DNA from: an uncultured Lachnospiraceae bacterium
GTDB taxonomy: Bacteria > Bacillota > Clostridia > Lachnospirales > Lachnospiraceae
Direction: 5' to 3'
Assembly: GCA_947626415.1 (NCBI GenBank)
Contig: CANQSA010000011.1
Span: forward strand, 11,100 to 75,099
DNA length: 64,000 nt
Made by a program: the position numbers and the translations under genes. Below, piece by piece: positions 35,028 to 45,275 of this stretch. Each line of letters starts with the position of its first letter. Position 1 is the first letter of the stretch. The notes below the pieces were generated by a model. It ran no database searches. It was not told the origin of the DNA and was given only the letters and a program-made list of their open reading frames with translations.

Positions 35028-36425
35028 CTACAGCGCTTCCTTTTCGCTATCTAACCCGACATCTTCCTCAGTACTGCCCGGCTCGGTATTCTCTTTCGCG
35101 CTGTCCGACTCGGGATCTGCCACAGGTTCCGATTCGGATTCGGTCGCCATATTGGCCGCCACGGATTTCGCCGTATTTTTAAAGCGCTTCCAGAAATTTT
35201 CTTCCTTGGGCCGCGTTTCCTCTTCATCCGGGAACAAAAGGTCCTCCTCCACTTCTTCAAACTTCTGATAAGAGGTTTCATAATTCCGCTGATACCACAG
35301 TTTGAGCAGCGTGATCAGAGATGCGGTCACCGGTACCGCCAGGATCATACCCAACAGACCCCACTGGGAGCCGCCGATGGTAATCGCGATCAGGATAATG
35401 GCAGGATGTACGCCTACCGTATTGCCTACAATTCGCGGACACAGCACATTGGCGTCCAGCTGCTGAACCGCGAACAGGCATAATACAACCCACAGCGCCG
35501 TCCAGCCGTCATGCGTCAGCAGACCCATTAAACCGCCCAAGATCACGCCGATGGTAGAGCCCACATAAGGGATCAGGTTCAGGATTCCCGTAATAACACC
35601 GATCACTAACGCATAGTCCACATCAAAGAGCACCAGAACCAAAGAACAGAGCGCCGCCACGCAGCACGCCTCGATCAGCTGTCCGCGGATATAATTGGAA
35701 AACGTATAGTTGATGATCCGCAGTCCCCGTTTGATCGACAATCCGATCGGCCGGTCCCGAAATACAAAATAATAAGCCCGCCGCCAGATCGAAAGGAAAA
35801 ATTCCTGACTGGAGATCACGTAAATACTTAAAATCAGAGAGATCAAAATGGAAAGCATATTGGAACCCAGACTTAAGATCCAGTTCGCGAAATCCCCTAC
35901 CAGGTCCTGAATGAAGCCCTGCAGCCACTCCGCCAGTTCCGTGATCCGGGGCCCCAGCACATCGGCAAACGGAATATTCATACTTTCAACCTGCGCGGTC
36001 AGATCCGCACCGCTGCCGATCGTCTTAATATAGTCTGAAATCAGACCAAAGATACTGGAATTTTTGGAAATCTGGCCGCTTACCATGCTCAATATTCCAA
36101 AGACCATTCCGAGAATAACGCCCAGCAGCACCAGATATGTAATGATGATCCCCAGCGCGCGACACACTCCCTGCCGTTTTATATGACATTTTTCCCGAAA
36201 GAAGCGCTCCAGTGCCCGAACCGGTCCAATCAGCAGATATGCGATGATAAAGCCCAGAATGATTGGGAACAGCAAAGAAAACAGCGTCCCGGCCAGAGAA
36301 ACCGCTCCGATCGACAGATTCGGGATCACGCCGAGCACGCTGTCTACGATCCGGATCAGAAAGACTGTCAGCACCACATACAGGGAAATTTTCAGATATT
36401 TTTTATCAAATTTGAATTTATCCAT
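35028..36425 (-). CDS. AI-2E family transporter (PerM/YhhT-like) with acidic C-terminal tail
   Basis: 465 aa, 8 TM-like segments, conserved LNLIPYVGS and AVPV motifs as I recall for this family. Confidence 0.8.
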   Translation of the reverse strand: MDKFKFDKKYLKISLYVVLTVFLIRIVDSVLGVIPNLSIGAVSLAGTLFSLLFPIILGFIIAYLLIGPVRALERFFREKCHIKRQGVCRALGIIITYLVLLGVILGMVFGILSMVSGQISKNSSIFGLISDYIKTIGSGADLTAQVESMNIPFADVLGPRITELAEWLQGFIQDLVGDFANWILSLGSNMLSILISLILSIYVISSQEFFLSIWRRAYYFVFRDRPIGLSIKRGLRIINYTFSNYIRGQLIEACCVAALCSLVLVLFDVDYALVIGVITGILNLIPYVGSTIGVILGGLMGLLTHDGWTALWVVLCLFAVQQLDANVLCPRIVGNTVGVHPAIILIAITIGGSQWGLLGMILAVPVTASLITLLKLWYQRNYETSYQKFEEVEEDLLFPDEEETRPKEENFWKRFKNTAKSVAANMATESESEPVADPESDSAKENTEPGSTEEDVGLDSEKEAL

Positions 36426-36575
36426 AAATCCGATTCATCTCCTTACGCTTAATAAATTTAGTATAACACAAATTTCACATTCTGTATCATAAATTTTAGA
36501 AATTTTTCCACTTGTATTCTTATAAATTCTGTATTAAAATAAGAGCAAATCTAAACTTAAGAAGGAGGCTGTATT

Positions 36576-36746
36576 ATGGCACATGTAATTTCCGATGCCT
36601 GTGTAAGCTGCGGCGCTTGCGAGGCTACCTGTCCCGTTGAGGCGATTTCCGCCGGTGATACACAATATCAGGTTGATGCGGATGCCTGCATCGATTGCGG
36701 TGCCTGCGAAGATGCTTGCCCGACCGGTGCAATCGCAGGAGAATAA
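36576..36746 (+). CDS. 2x[4Fe-4S] ferredoxin (56 aa, below the ORF-track cutoff)
   Basis: Hand translation gives MAHVISDACVSCGACEATCPVEAISAGDTQYQVDADACIDCGACEDACPTGAIAGE. It has two CxxCxxCxxxCP motifs and SD GAAGGAGG. Confidence 0.9.
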   Translation: MAHVISDACVSCGACEATCPVEAISAGDTQYQVDADACIDCGACEDACPTGAIAGE

Positions 36747-36760
36747 TAAGCACATACATA

Positions 36761-36810
36761 AAGCAGCAGCAAGACGGGAACCCGTTTTTGCCGCTGCTTT
36801 TTATTTTTTT
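36761..36810 (+). terminator. Intrinsic terminator after the ferredoxin gene
   Basis: Long imperfect stem (AAGCAGCAGCAAGACGGG / CCCGTTTTTGCCGCTGCTT) followed by TTTTTATTTTTTT. Confidence 0.65.
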
Positions 36811-37432
36811 ATTTTCTTTTTTTAAACAGGCTGTGTCTGCGCTCCGCTTTCGCGGCCGCGGCTTCCGTTCTTCCCTTCTGATAACTGCGGATCGTTTCAT
36901 CCAGTTTCTTATACCGCGTCTCTTCCTGCTCCTCCTTCATGCGCATCAGATAATCCATTTCCTTAATGACATGATCGCTGACCTGATGGCTGACGCTTTT
37001 TGACAGTTCTTCGTTGTTATCCCGCAGAGCTTGTCCGATGATCTCCCCCAGGATCGTCTGAAACTGCTCCATTTTTGTCAGCGTTTCCGTCTGTACCGCC
37101 GTATTTTTTTCCGAAACCGCCAGCATATCCTTATCTCCCGCCTGTTCTTCTTCCGCTAAGGTTTCTTTCAGCAATTCCTGGGCTTTTTCTGTCACATCCT
37201 TACCCTCCATTAATTCCGGCATTAACATCTTGATCGCTTTTAAGCCGAAGCCCTGCTCCTTTAACAGCTTGATCCGCTGCAGTAACTTAATATGAAATTC
37301 TGTATAGTATCGATGGCCCAATTCATTTCTGGGTATCTTTATCTCCAGTTCTTCTTCCCAGTATCGAAGCACGTGAGATTCTACGTCCACGAGCTTCGAT
37401 GCGTCTGATATAATGTACCGTTTGTCCGACAT
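36809..37432 (-). CDS. MerR-family transcriptional regulator
   Basis: N-terminal YIISDASKLVDVESHVLRYWEEE HTH followed by a long coiled-coil C-terminus. Confidence 0.8.
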   Translation of the reverse strand: MSDKRYIISDASKLVDVESHVLRYWEEELEIKIPRNELGHRYYTEFHIKLLQRIKLLKEQGFGLKAIKMLMPELMEGKDVTEKAQELLKETLAEEEQAGDKDMLAVSEKNTAVQTETLTKMEQFQTILGEIIGQALRDNNEELSKSVSHQVSDHVIKEMDYLMRMKEEQEETRYKKLDETIRSYQKGRTEAAAAKAERRHSLFKKRK

Positions 37433-37471
37433 TCCGTCTTAACCTCCTTTCTTAAGCCTGTCTGACACCAT

Positions 37472-37507
37472 AAGAAAAGAGACTGTTGTTTCTTTTACAA
37501 CAGTCTC
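37472..37507 (-). terminator. Intrinsic terminator downstream of dnaB
   Basis: Perfect 11-bp stem GAGACTGTTGT/ACAACAGTCTC followed on the minus strand by TTTTCTT. Confidence 0.65.
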
Positions 37508-37598
37508 ATCTTTTGTACATACAGTTATGCAATTGTGCCAAACTTGTCTACAAAATGCATTATACACAATATCTGGTAGTTTTGCAACGATTTTATAC

Positions 37599-38942
37599 CT
37601 ATATTTTGCTATTATCTCGCTCCAGATTGGCGAATTTTGTATAATTCGGCAGCCAGGCCAGCTTTACGGTGCCGACGGAACCATGCCGCTGTTTCCCGAT
37701 AATCACCTCCGCAATGCCTTTTTCCTCAGAATCCTTGTGATAATATTCATCCCGATACAAGAACATAACAATATCCGCGTCCTGTTCAATGGCTCCGGAC
37801 TCCCGCAGGTCGGAAAGCATGGGCCGCTTATCCGGTCTCGCTTCCACCGCGCGGCTTAACTGGGAACAGGCGATGATCGGAATATTTAACTCCCTGGCAA
37901 GCCCCTTTAAGGCACGGGAAATCTCCGCAACCTCCTGCTGCCTGCTTTCTGTTTTCCCACCGCTGGTCATAAGCTGCAGGTAATCGATAATCACCAGCTG
38001 AATATCATTTTCCAGCTTGTATTTCCGGCATTTGGAGCGCATCTCCGCAATACTGATACTGGACGTATCGTCAATAATCAGCTTAGAGTTGCCTACCACG
38101 CTGGCGCTTTCGATCAGCCGCTCCCATTCGGAATCCGACAGATTGCCGGTCCGGATATTCTGCGCGTCTACCTTGGACCACTGCGCAAATAAACGGTTTA
38201 CCAGCTGCTCCTTCGACATTTCCAGACTGAAGATCACAGCGGGAATATTTTTCTTCAGTGAAATATACTCCGCCAGATTCAGCACAAAAGAGGTCTTTCC
38301 CATGGCCGGCCGCGCCGCCAACAGAATCAGATCGGACGGCTGAAAACCTGCCGTTTTGTAATCCAGATCAACAAAGCCGGACGGGATCCCGGTTACTGCG
38401 CCCGATATCTTGGACGCCGCCTCGATCTTATCCAATACGTTCAGTACGACCTGCCGGATCGGCACATAATCCGACGCGCCTCTGGACTGTACCAGATCAA
38501 ATATTTTCTTTTCTGTATCATTTAATATTGTATCGATATCCTCATGCCCGGCATAACAGCGGCTGCTGATCTCCTCATTCGCCCGGATGATATTGCGAAG
38601 CACGGCCTTTTCCTTTACGATATTGGCATAGTGCCTCACATTCACGGACGTCGGCACACTGTTCAGCAATTCCCGTATCACTTCTACGCTGGAAATCTCC
38701 GGCGGCGCGCCGTTTTGTTCAAGCCGGTCTTTTAAGGTAACCAGATCCACTGCCCTGCCTTCCGCATATAACTGTACCATTGCCTCGAACATCAGCTTAT
38801 GCTGTTTGGCATAGAAATCCTCTGCCGTCAAAATTTCCGAAGCTGCCAGTACCGCCTCCGCATCCATGATCATGGAGCCGATCACCGACTGCTCCGCTTC
38901 CATACTGTAGGGCAGAATCCGTTTTACAACTGCTTCCTCCAT
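37599..38942 (-). CDS. dnaB: Replicative DNA helicase DnaB
   Basis: 447 aa with Walker A ARPAMGKTSF, the IIDYLQLM motif, and the conserved N-terminal domain PYSMEAEQSVIGS. Confidence 0.95.
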   Translation of the reverse strand: MEEAVVKRILPYSMEAEQSVIGSMIMDAEAVLAASEILTAEDFYAKQHKLMFEAMVQLYAEGRAVDLVTLKDRLEQNGAPPEISSVEVIRELLNSVPTSVNVRHYANIVKEKAVLRNIIRANEEISSRCYAGHEDIDTILNDTEKKIFDLVQSRGASDYVPIRQVVLNVLDKIEAASKISGAVTGIPSGFVDLDYKTAGFQPSDLILLAARPAMGKTSFVLNLAEYISLKKNIPAVIFSLEMSKEQLVNRLFAQWSKVDAQNIRTGNLSDSEWERLIESASVVGNSKLIIDDTSSISIAEMRSKCRKYKLENDIQLVIIDYLQLMTSGGKTESRQQEVAEISRALKGLARELNIPIIACSQLSRAVEARPDKRPMLSDLRESGAIEQDADIVMFLYRDEYYHKDSEEKGIAEVIIGKQRHGSVGTVKLAWLPNYTKFANLERDNSKI

Positions 38943-38966
38943 TCTTTTATCCCCATTTTACGTTCT

Positions 38967-39413
38967 CTATAATGCTTCTACCACAACCGTCAGATTTGCG
39001 GTGACGTCTTTATGAAGCTTAACCGGTACCGTATAAGTCCCCACATTTTTAATTGCTTCATTTAACACGATCTTCTTCTTATCGATCTCCAGCCCTAACT
39101 GTTTCTGAACCGCTGCCCCGATCTCCTTATTGGATACCGAACCAAAGGTACGGCCGCCCTCTCCGGTCTTGATCGCAACCGTTATCTTGCCTGCCGCGAT
39201 CTTTTCCGCCAGCGCCTTCGCGTCCGCAAGCTTCTGTGCTGCGACTTTGTCGGCATTGGCTTTCTGCAGCTTTAAGTCGTTCAGATTTTTGCTGTTGGCT
39301 TCGATCCCCAGTTTTTTCGGCAGCACATAATTCCGTGCGTAGCCGTCGTTAATCTTAACAATCTCTCCCTTTTTTCCAAGTGATTTTACGTCCTGTAATA
39401 AAATAACTTCCAT
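38967..39413 (-). CDS. rplI: 50S ribosomal protein L9
   Basis: [36 protein letters not shown] N-terminus. The start is trimmed from the track start at 39539. Confidence 0.9.
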   Translation of the reverse strand: MEVILLQDVKSLGKKGEIVKINDGYARNYVLPKKLGIEANSKNLNDLKLQKANADKVAAQKLADAKALAEKIAAGKITVAIKTGEGGRTFGSVSNKEIGAAVQKQLGLEIDKKKIVLNEAIKNVGTYTVPVKLHKDVTANLTVVVEAL

Positions 39414-39463
39414 GTCCGATTCTCCTGTCTTTTTATCCGGATGTCTGCCGGATTCAGATCCGG

Positions 39464-41539
39464 CTATGTCAGATCGCCGTCCTCCTGCATGCCCCGGATC
39501 GTCTCTTTTAATAATGCCTTCGCGTTCCAAATGGAACAATTCTCGATCTGCGTGCCTGCTATGTTCATATGGCCTCCGCCGCCCAGCCGCTCCATGATCA
39601 GCTGTACATTGACCTCGTCGATGGAACGGGCGCTGATATATACTTTATTCTGGAAAGAGGTCAGCACAAAGGAGGCCCTGACGTCTCTCATATTCAGCAG
39701 TTCATTGGCTGCCTGCGCCGCGATGATTGTCGGGCTCTCCAGATTCTCTGCCGGGCTCTCCGCAATGGCAAATCCGCCGGGCATGATCTCCGTATGCCGG
39801 ATTGCCTCCGCCTTGGCCTTATATTCCGTCTCGCTGTCCCGGAAGATCTTTCTGACACGCACTACATCCGCGCCGTGCCGCCGCAGAAATGCCGCCGCTT
39901 CAAAGGTCCTTACGCCGGTCTTCATGGTAAAGTTGGTCGTATCCAGGATAATGCCGGCGTACATCGCATCCGCTTCCTGATATTTCACCCGGATATCGTC
40001 GCCGAAATACTGCAGGATCTCGGAAACCATTTCACAGGCTGAGGAAGCATAGGGTTCCACATAAGACAGCACCGCATGCTCAATGCTTTCCGACGACTGC
40101 CGGTGATGATCCAGCACGACCGTAGCCTTCGACATCTTAAGCAGCTCCGGGCATTCCGTATAGCTGGGCCGGTTCACATCCACAACGATGACAACCGTAT
40201 CCTCGTTGATCCGTTCGATCGCCTGCTGGCTGTTTAAAAACAGATCCGCCGGATACCCCGCTTCCGGAGTAAAATTCTCATACACCTGCCGCAGCGAGGT
40301 GGTAATATCGTTAATAACGATATGCGTTTCTTTTTCCAGGGTACGCATCGCGCAGTACAGACCGATCGCCGCGCCGAACGCATCCACATCCGCCAGCTTA
40401 TGCCCCATCAGCAGCACCTGCTGTTTCGCGGACACCAGCTCTCGCAGCGCGTGTGCCTTCATTCTGGCTTTTACCCGCGTACTCTTTTCTACCGAGCGAG
40501 TCTTGCCGCCGTAATAAGAGATCTTTTCGCCTTCCTTTAATACCGCCTGATCGCCGCCGCGGCCCAGCGCCAGATCGATGGCGGTCCGGGAATCCTCGCA
40601 CTTCTGCTGGTAGGAACCTTCCCCAACCCCCAGACCGATACTGATCGTAACCGCCATGGAGTTTCCGATATTGACGCTCTTTACCTCGTCCAGAATGGAA
40701 AATTTATTGCTCTGCAGTGTATTCAGGTACCGATGCCGGAAAGCAAGAAAATATTTATCATTTTCGATCTTGCGTACAATTCCGTCCACACCGGAAAAAT
40801 ATTTGTTGATCTTTCGGTCGATCAGCGCGATCAGAAGCGACCGGCGCACATCTTCCACGCTCTCCATCACTTCGTCATAATTATCAATATAGATCAGACC
40901 GGCAACCATCTTTTCATCCTGAAATTCTTTCTGCAGCTGCCGCAGGTCCGTCTCGTCAAATACGGTTACCGCAACCAGATAGGTTGCTTCGTCTACTTCA
41001 AACATGGACGCGTCATCAAATGCGTCCGCGATCTCCAGACGTTTCAGCTGTACCCGGTAGATCCGTTCCTCCTTTGTGATCTCCAGTTCCGCCGTATCCT
41101 CAAGCTGCAGCATATCCGCAGGCATCTTCGGAAATACGGAGACAATGGTTTTTCCGACCATATTGCGCTTACTGCCGTCGCCCAATACATCGGCAAACGC
41201 TTCATTGACCCACATCAGCTTGCCGGCGTTATCCATGACAGCATAAGGCAGTTCCAGTTCCCGCAGGATCCGCTTCTGCAGCCTGCCGTAATCGGACGCG
41301 AAGTCCACCATATCCTTAAAAATAACCGGATTCTGCAGGATATAAGCTACAACGGAAAAAATCGTAGAAAACAGCGTAAAAATGCCCAGCGCTGCCGCAA
41401 CCTTAAAGTCCACAAACAGCAGCCATACCACGATCGCCCATAAAAACAGATTCATAAACACAGGCCAGCGCAGATAATATTTCAATGTTCCTTTGATCTT
41501 TGCCTTTTTTCCCTTTTTTTCCTTCATACCATTCTCCAT
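39464..41539 (-). CDS. gdpP: GdpP-type DHH/DHHA1 phosphodiesterase (c-di-AMP phosphodiesterase)
   Basis: Two N-terminal TM helices, a PAS-like and degenerate GGDEF region, DHH (VVLDHHRQS) and GGGGH motifs. Conserved synteny gdpP-rplI-dnaB. Confidence 0.85.
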   Translation of the reverse strand: MENGMKEKKGKKAKIKGTLKYYLRWPVFMNLFLWAIVVWLLFVDFKVAAALGIFTLFSTIFSVVAYILQNPVIFKDMVDFASDYGRLQKRILRELELPYAVMDNAGKLMWVNEAFADVLGDGSKRNMVGKTIVSVFPKMPADMLQLEDTAELEITKEERIYRVQLKRLEIADAFDDASMFEVDEATYLVAVTVFDETDLRQLQKEFQDEKMVAGLIYIDNYDEVMESVEDVRRSLLIALIDRKINKYFSGVDGIVRKIENDKYFLAFRHRYLNTLQSNKFSILDEVKSVNIGNSMAVTISIGLGVGEGSYQQKCEDSRTAIDLALGRGGDQAVLKEGEKISYYGGKTRSVEKSTRVKARMKAHALRELVSAKQQVLLMGHKLADVDAFGAAIGLYCAMRTLEKETHIVINDITTSLRQVYENFTPEAGYPADLFLNSQQAIERINEDTVVIVVDVNRPSYTECPELLKMSKATVVLDHHRQSSESIEHAVLSYVEPYASSACEMVSEILQYFGDDIRVKYQEADAMYAGIILDTTNFTMKTGVRTFEAAAFLRRHGADVVRVRKIFRDSETEYKAKAEAIRHTEIMPGGFAIAESPAENLESPTIIAAQAANELLNMRDVRASFVLTSFQNKVYISARSIDEVNVQLIMERLGGGGHMNIAGTQIENCSIWNAKALLKETIRGMQEDGDLT

Positions 41540-41572
41540 TCCGGAGCGTTTCCGCGACGAGTGCTTCCGCGA

Positions 41573-42106
41573 TCAGCGTTTAAACTCCACCAACCGCAGG
41601 ATAATCTCCTGACAGACGGTTTCCACATCCTTTCCGTCCGTCTCAACGATCAGATCCGCCGCATCCAGATACTTTTGTCTCCGCTGCTCCATCAGACCGG
41701 CAATGTATTCCACATTCATGTTCCCATTCAAAAGCGGACGGTCCTTACTGTTCCGTACCCGTTTATAAATGGTCTCCGGCCGTGCCGTCAGTAAAACCAC
41801 AATCCCATTTTTCTTCATAAGCGCGCTGTTTTCCGGTCTGACTACAACGCCGCCTCCGCAGGATACCAGCAGTCCGGTCTTTTCCTGCAGCGTTTCGATC
41901 ATCCGGCTTTCCGCGTCCCGAAAATACGCTTCTCCGTATTTCGCGAAAATATCAGCGATCGGCATGCCCTGCTCCCGGACGAGTTCCGCATCCATTTCCA
42001 GATATTCCACATCCAGATATTCCGTCAGTTTCCTTGCGACGGTACTCTTGCCCGCGCCCATAAAACCGATTAAAAAAATATTACAGTCCAGTCTCTTTCT
42101 ATTCAT
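41573..42106 (-). CDS. aroK: Shikimate kinase
   Basis: IFLIGFMGAGKSTVARKL P-loop, 177 aa, adjacent to aroD. Confidence 0.9.
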   Translation of the reverse strand: MNRKRLDCNIFLIGFMGAGKSTVARKLTEYLDVEYLEMDAELVREQGMPIADIFAKYGEAYFRDAESRMIETLQEKTGLLVSCGGGVVVRPENSALMKKNGIVVLLTARPETIYKRVRNSKDRPLLNGNMNVEYIAGLMEQRRQKYLDAADLIVETDGKDVETVCQEIILRLVEFKR

Positions 42107-42155
42107 CGTTACTCCATATGTCGTTTGTTCTGACCTTTGGTATCATATTAGCACA

Positions 42156-42923
42156 TTATTGTAAAATCTCCAACACTTTTTTCAAATCTGCCGCCTGAAC
42201 CTGTCCGGGCGCCGATCCTTCCCCGACCGCGCCAAAGGTAACGGCGGAACCGAAGAACTGTCCCGACAGGCGGCTGATGCAGCCCGGCTTTCCCATCGAC
42301 ATGGTAATGATCGAACAACGCAGGCTGTGAGACGCCTCCCAGGTAACGTCCAGCAGTCGTTTTACATCTGTTTCATTCTGCGGCATGACCGCAATCTTGG
42401 CAATATCGGCGCCAAACGCCTGCATACTGCGCAGGGTTTCCAGCATTTCCGACTCCGGCGGGGTTTTCTCAAAATCATGGCTGGAAACGATAACCCGGAT
42501 TCCCTGCTCCCGGGCGGCCTGCAGCAGCTCTTTTTGTGCGGGATCTGATTTGGAAAATTCAACATCCACCAGGTCTGCCAGCTGATGGGAGATCACATAG
42601 CGATTGATCTGTACATACTGCGCTTCGTCCATATCCGCCTCTCCGCCCTCCGGGACGGTCCGTATGGTAAATAAAATGGGAATTTCCCCGAAAACAGCGC
42701 GCAGGCGTCCAAATACAGACGCAACCGCCTGTACATCGGACACCTGCTCAAATTGATCCGCGCGCCACTCGATCAGATCCGCGACACATTTTCGCGTCTT
42801 TTCATCGATACTGGCCGCGATTCGTCTGGCCTGTTTTCGAATTTCCGTTTCATTCCTGCCGGTAACCGGCACGCAGATTTTGGGTCTGCCTTCCCCGATC
42901 TTTAAATTTCTGACTTCTACCAT
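42156..42923 (-). CDS. aroD: Type I 3-dehydroquinate dehydratase
   Basis: 255 aa with PKICVPV, DLIEWRAD, SHDFEKTP and KIAVMP motifs. Confidence 0.9.
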   Translation of the reverse strand: MVEVRNLKIGEGRPKICVPVTGRNETEIRKQARRIAASIDEKTRKCVADLIEWRADQFEQVSDVQAVASVFGRLRAVFGEIPILFTIRTVPEGGEADMDEAQYVQINRYVISHQLADLVDVEFSKSDPAQKELLQAAREQGIRVIVSSHDFEKTPPESEMLETLRSMQAFGADIAKIAVMPQNETDVKRLLDVTWEASHSLRCSIITMSMGKPGCISRLSGQFFGSAVTFGAVGEGSAPGQVQAADLKKVLEILQ

Positions 42924-42930
42924 TGCTCTG

Positions 42931-43488
42931 TTATCCTTTTTTCTGATACGCCTTCGCTGCGGTTTCGTACAGATTATTCCCCTTCGTATCGATCACCACG
43001 ATCACAGGAAAATTCTCTACCCGAAGTTCCCGGATCGCTTCTGTTCCCAGATCCTCATAGGCCACGACTCTGCTCGCTGTGATCCGTTTTGACAGCAGCG
43101 CGCCCGCGCCGCCTACCGCCGCAAAATACACCGCCTTATTTTTCACAATGCCGTCGATCACCGCCTGGCTGCGTTTTCCTTTTCCGATCATGCCCTTCAG
43201 GCCCAGATCCAGAAATGCCGGCGCATACTTATCCATCCGGCTGGCTGTCGTCGGTCCGGCAGAACCGATCACCCGGCCCTCTCTGGCGGGAGAAGGTCCC
43301 ATATAGTAAATCATATTGTTTTTCATATCAATGGGAAGCGGCTCTCCTGCCGCCAGCGCTTCATACATGCGTTTATGCGCCGCATCCCGCGCCGTATACA
43401 GGGTTCCGGTTATGTACACATAATCGCCCGCCCGCAATTCTTCCAAAATCCGGTTATCCTTGACCGGTACTTCTATATAACGATCCAT
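42931..43488 (-). CDS. Fe-S hydro-lyase beta subunit (class I fumarate hydratase / tartrate dehydratase C-terminal type)
   Basis: 185 aa with the GTLYTARDAAHKR and GPTTASRMD motifs. Confidence 0.85.
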   Translation of the reverse strand: MDRYIEVPVKDNRILEELRAGDYVYITGTLYTARDAAHKRMYEALAAGEPLPIDMKNNMIYYMGPSPAREGRVIGSAGPTTASRMDKYAPAFLDLGLKGMIGKGKRSQAVIDGIVKNKAVYFAAVGGAGALLSKRITASRVVAYEDLGTEAIRELRVENFPVIVVIDTKGNNLYETAAKAYQKKG

Positions 43489-43529
43489 TTTCTGCTTCCT
43501 TCGTGTGAAAGATCACACTTCCTCCATTC

Positions 43530-44372
43530 TCATAAAATCCGCGTCGCATGGCGGTTTACATGGCAGCAGATATTGACTGCGACCGGCAGCCCCGCAATAT
43601 GGGTCGGATAAGTCAAAATATTGACGGCCAGCGCGGTTTTCGTACCGCCCAGCCCGCCGGGCCCGATCCCCAGATTGTTGATCTTCTGAAGCAGTTCCTC
43701 CTCCAGTTCTCTGACATAGGGGATCTCCGAATGGGAATCCGCCGAAAGCGTCAGCGCTTTCTTTGCCAGATACGCGCATTTCTCAAAGGTGCCGCCGATT
43801 CCTACGCCTACCACCATCGGCGGACAGGCGTTCGGCCCCGCGTCCCGTACCGCGGTCATAACCGCGTCCTTTACGCCCTCGATCCCGTCAGCCGGTTTTA
43901 ACATAAAGATCCGACTCATATTTTCACTGCCGAAGCCCTTCGGCGCAACCGTGACCGTCACCTTATCGCCGGGCACGATGCTGTAATGAATGACCGCCGG
44001 CGTATTGTCCTTCGTATTCTCCCGGTAAATCGGGTCTTTCACCACGGATTTCCGCAGATATCCTTCGGTATAACCTTTCCGCACGCCGGCGTGAATGGCT
44101 TCCTCCAGACTGTCGCCGGTCAGATGTACGTCCTGCCCGACTTCCACAAATACAACCGCCATTCCGGTATCCTGACAGATCGGGATCCGGTCCGTTTTGG
44201 CTATCTGCAGATTTTCCTCCAATTGCTCCAGGATCTGCCTGCCGAGCGGCGCTTCCTCTGTTTCTTTTGCCTGTTCAAATACGGCTTTCATATCCGAAGA
44301 CAGTTCATAATTTGCTTCTATGCATAGTTCGGCAATCGCTTCCGTGACTGCCGATACCTGAATTTCTCTCAT
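43530..44372 (-). CDS. Fe-S hydro-lyase alpha subunit (class I fumarate hydratase N-terminal type)
   Basis: 280 aa with ICQDTGMAVVF and GVGIGGTFE motifs. Confidence 0.85.
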   Translation of the reverse strand: MREIQVSAVTEAIAELCIEANYELSSDMKAVFEQAKETEEAPLGRQILEQLEENLQIAKTDRIPICQDTGMAVVFVEVGQDVHLTGDSLEEAIHAGVRKGYTEGYLRKSVVKDPIYRENTKDNTPAVIHYSIVPGDKVTVTVAPKGFGSENMSRIFMLKPADGIEGVKDAVMTAVRDAGPNACPPMVVGVGIGGTFEKCAYLAKKALTLSADSHSEIPYVRELEEELLQKINNLGIGPGGLGGTKTALAVNILTYPTHIAGLPVAVNICCHVNRHATRIL

Positions 44373-45265
44373 TCTTTTTCTCCCAATGTAATTTCTGCCG
44401 AAAACTTCCGCTCTTCTGCCGGTACATTCTGGCTGCCAATCCCGGCGGAATTGATATTTACAATATAAGCTTCTATCACCGTCTTCTCTGTAATTTCACA
44501 GGTGATCTGGTTTACCGACGCAAGGAACGCCGCCGCGTCTGTCCCTTCTTTCGCCGTATAGTGCGGGATTCCGCCCGCCATCAGATCGGTTTCCTTTAAT
44601 ACGGCCTGGCTGCCGCTCCAGCATAAGGTCAGGTTTTCATCGGTCGGCACCGCGTTTCCGGTCCGGTATGCCAGCGTATATGTATTTTCCGCAGACTGAT
44701 CTACAAGATAGATCTGGTTCCAGTCAGAACCGGAGCCTGCGCGCACCGGATTGGTAAACAGCCGGTCTTCCGCCTGTTTTACACCGTCATTTCCTTTTGT
44801 CAGTGTGATCGTCATAACCTTCTGTACGCTGCTGTCACCGATCTTGCTGACAGCTTCCTCTGTTGCCATATAGACAATGGCGCGGACAGTTGCCGTTTCA
44901 TAGACATTTCCGTCCGCATCCTCCGGAGCCCATACCGCATGCTCGGCCGCCGTGGTATAAGCGGTATGCCACAGATTTTCCGGTCTGTCCTGCTGCCGCA
45001 AAAATGTGTCCTCCGAGGCAGTCTGCGGCTTTACGGTACCGCCGTCCGCTTCCCAGTAAATATACAGACCGGAAATGTCCCCTTCCATCGGCACAGAAAG
45101 GGAACCGTCCTCATGGAGGACGATCCGCACTTCTTCGATGCTGTTGTCAAACCAGTCGTTGGCATATTCCAAAACCAGAAAATACGCCACAATCGCAACC
45201 GTAGCGATCAGCAGCACAAATCCGCCGTTGATCATGATCTTACGGAAACCGCTTTTTACTTTCAT
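44369..45265 (-). CDS. Hypothetical N-terminally anchored protein
   Basis: The start is preferred at MKVKSGFRK (45265), which avoids overlap with the gyrA stop. One TM helix; no recognised family. Confidence 0.55.
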   Translation of the reverse strand: MKVKSGFRKIMINGGFVLLIATVAIVAYFLVLEYANDWFDNSIEEVRIVLHEDGSLSVPMEGDISGLYIYWEADGGTVKPQTASEDTFLRQQDRPENLWHTAYTTAAEHAVWAPEDADGNVYETATVRAIVYMATEEAVSKIGDSSVQKVMTITLTKGNDGVKQAEDRLFTNPVRAGSGSDWNQIYLVDQSAENTYTLAYRTGNAVPTDENLTLCWSGSQAVLKETDLMAGGIPHYTAKEGTDAAAFLASVNQITCEITEKTVIEAYIVNINSAGIGSQNVPAEERKFSAEITLGEKE

Positions 45266-45275
45266 TGTCTTCCTT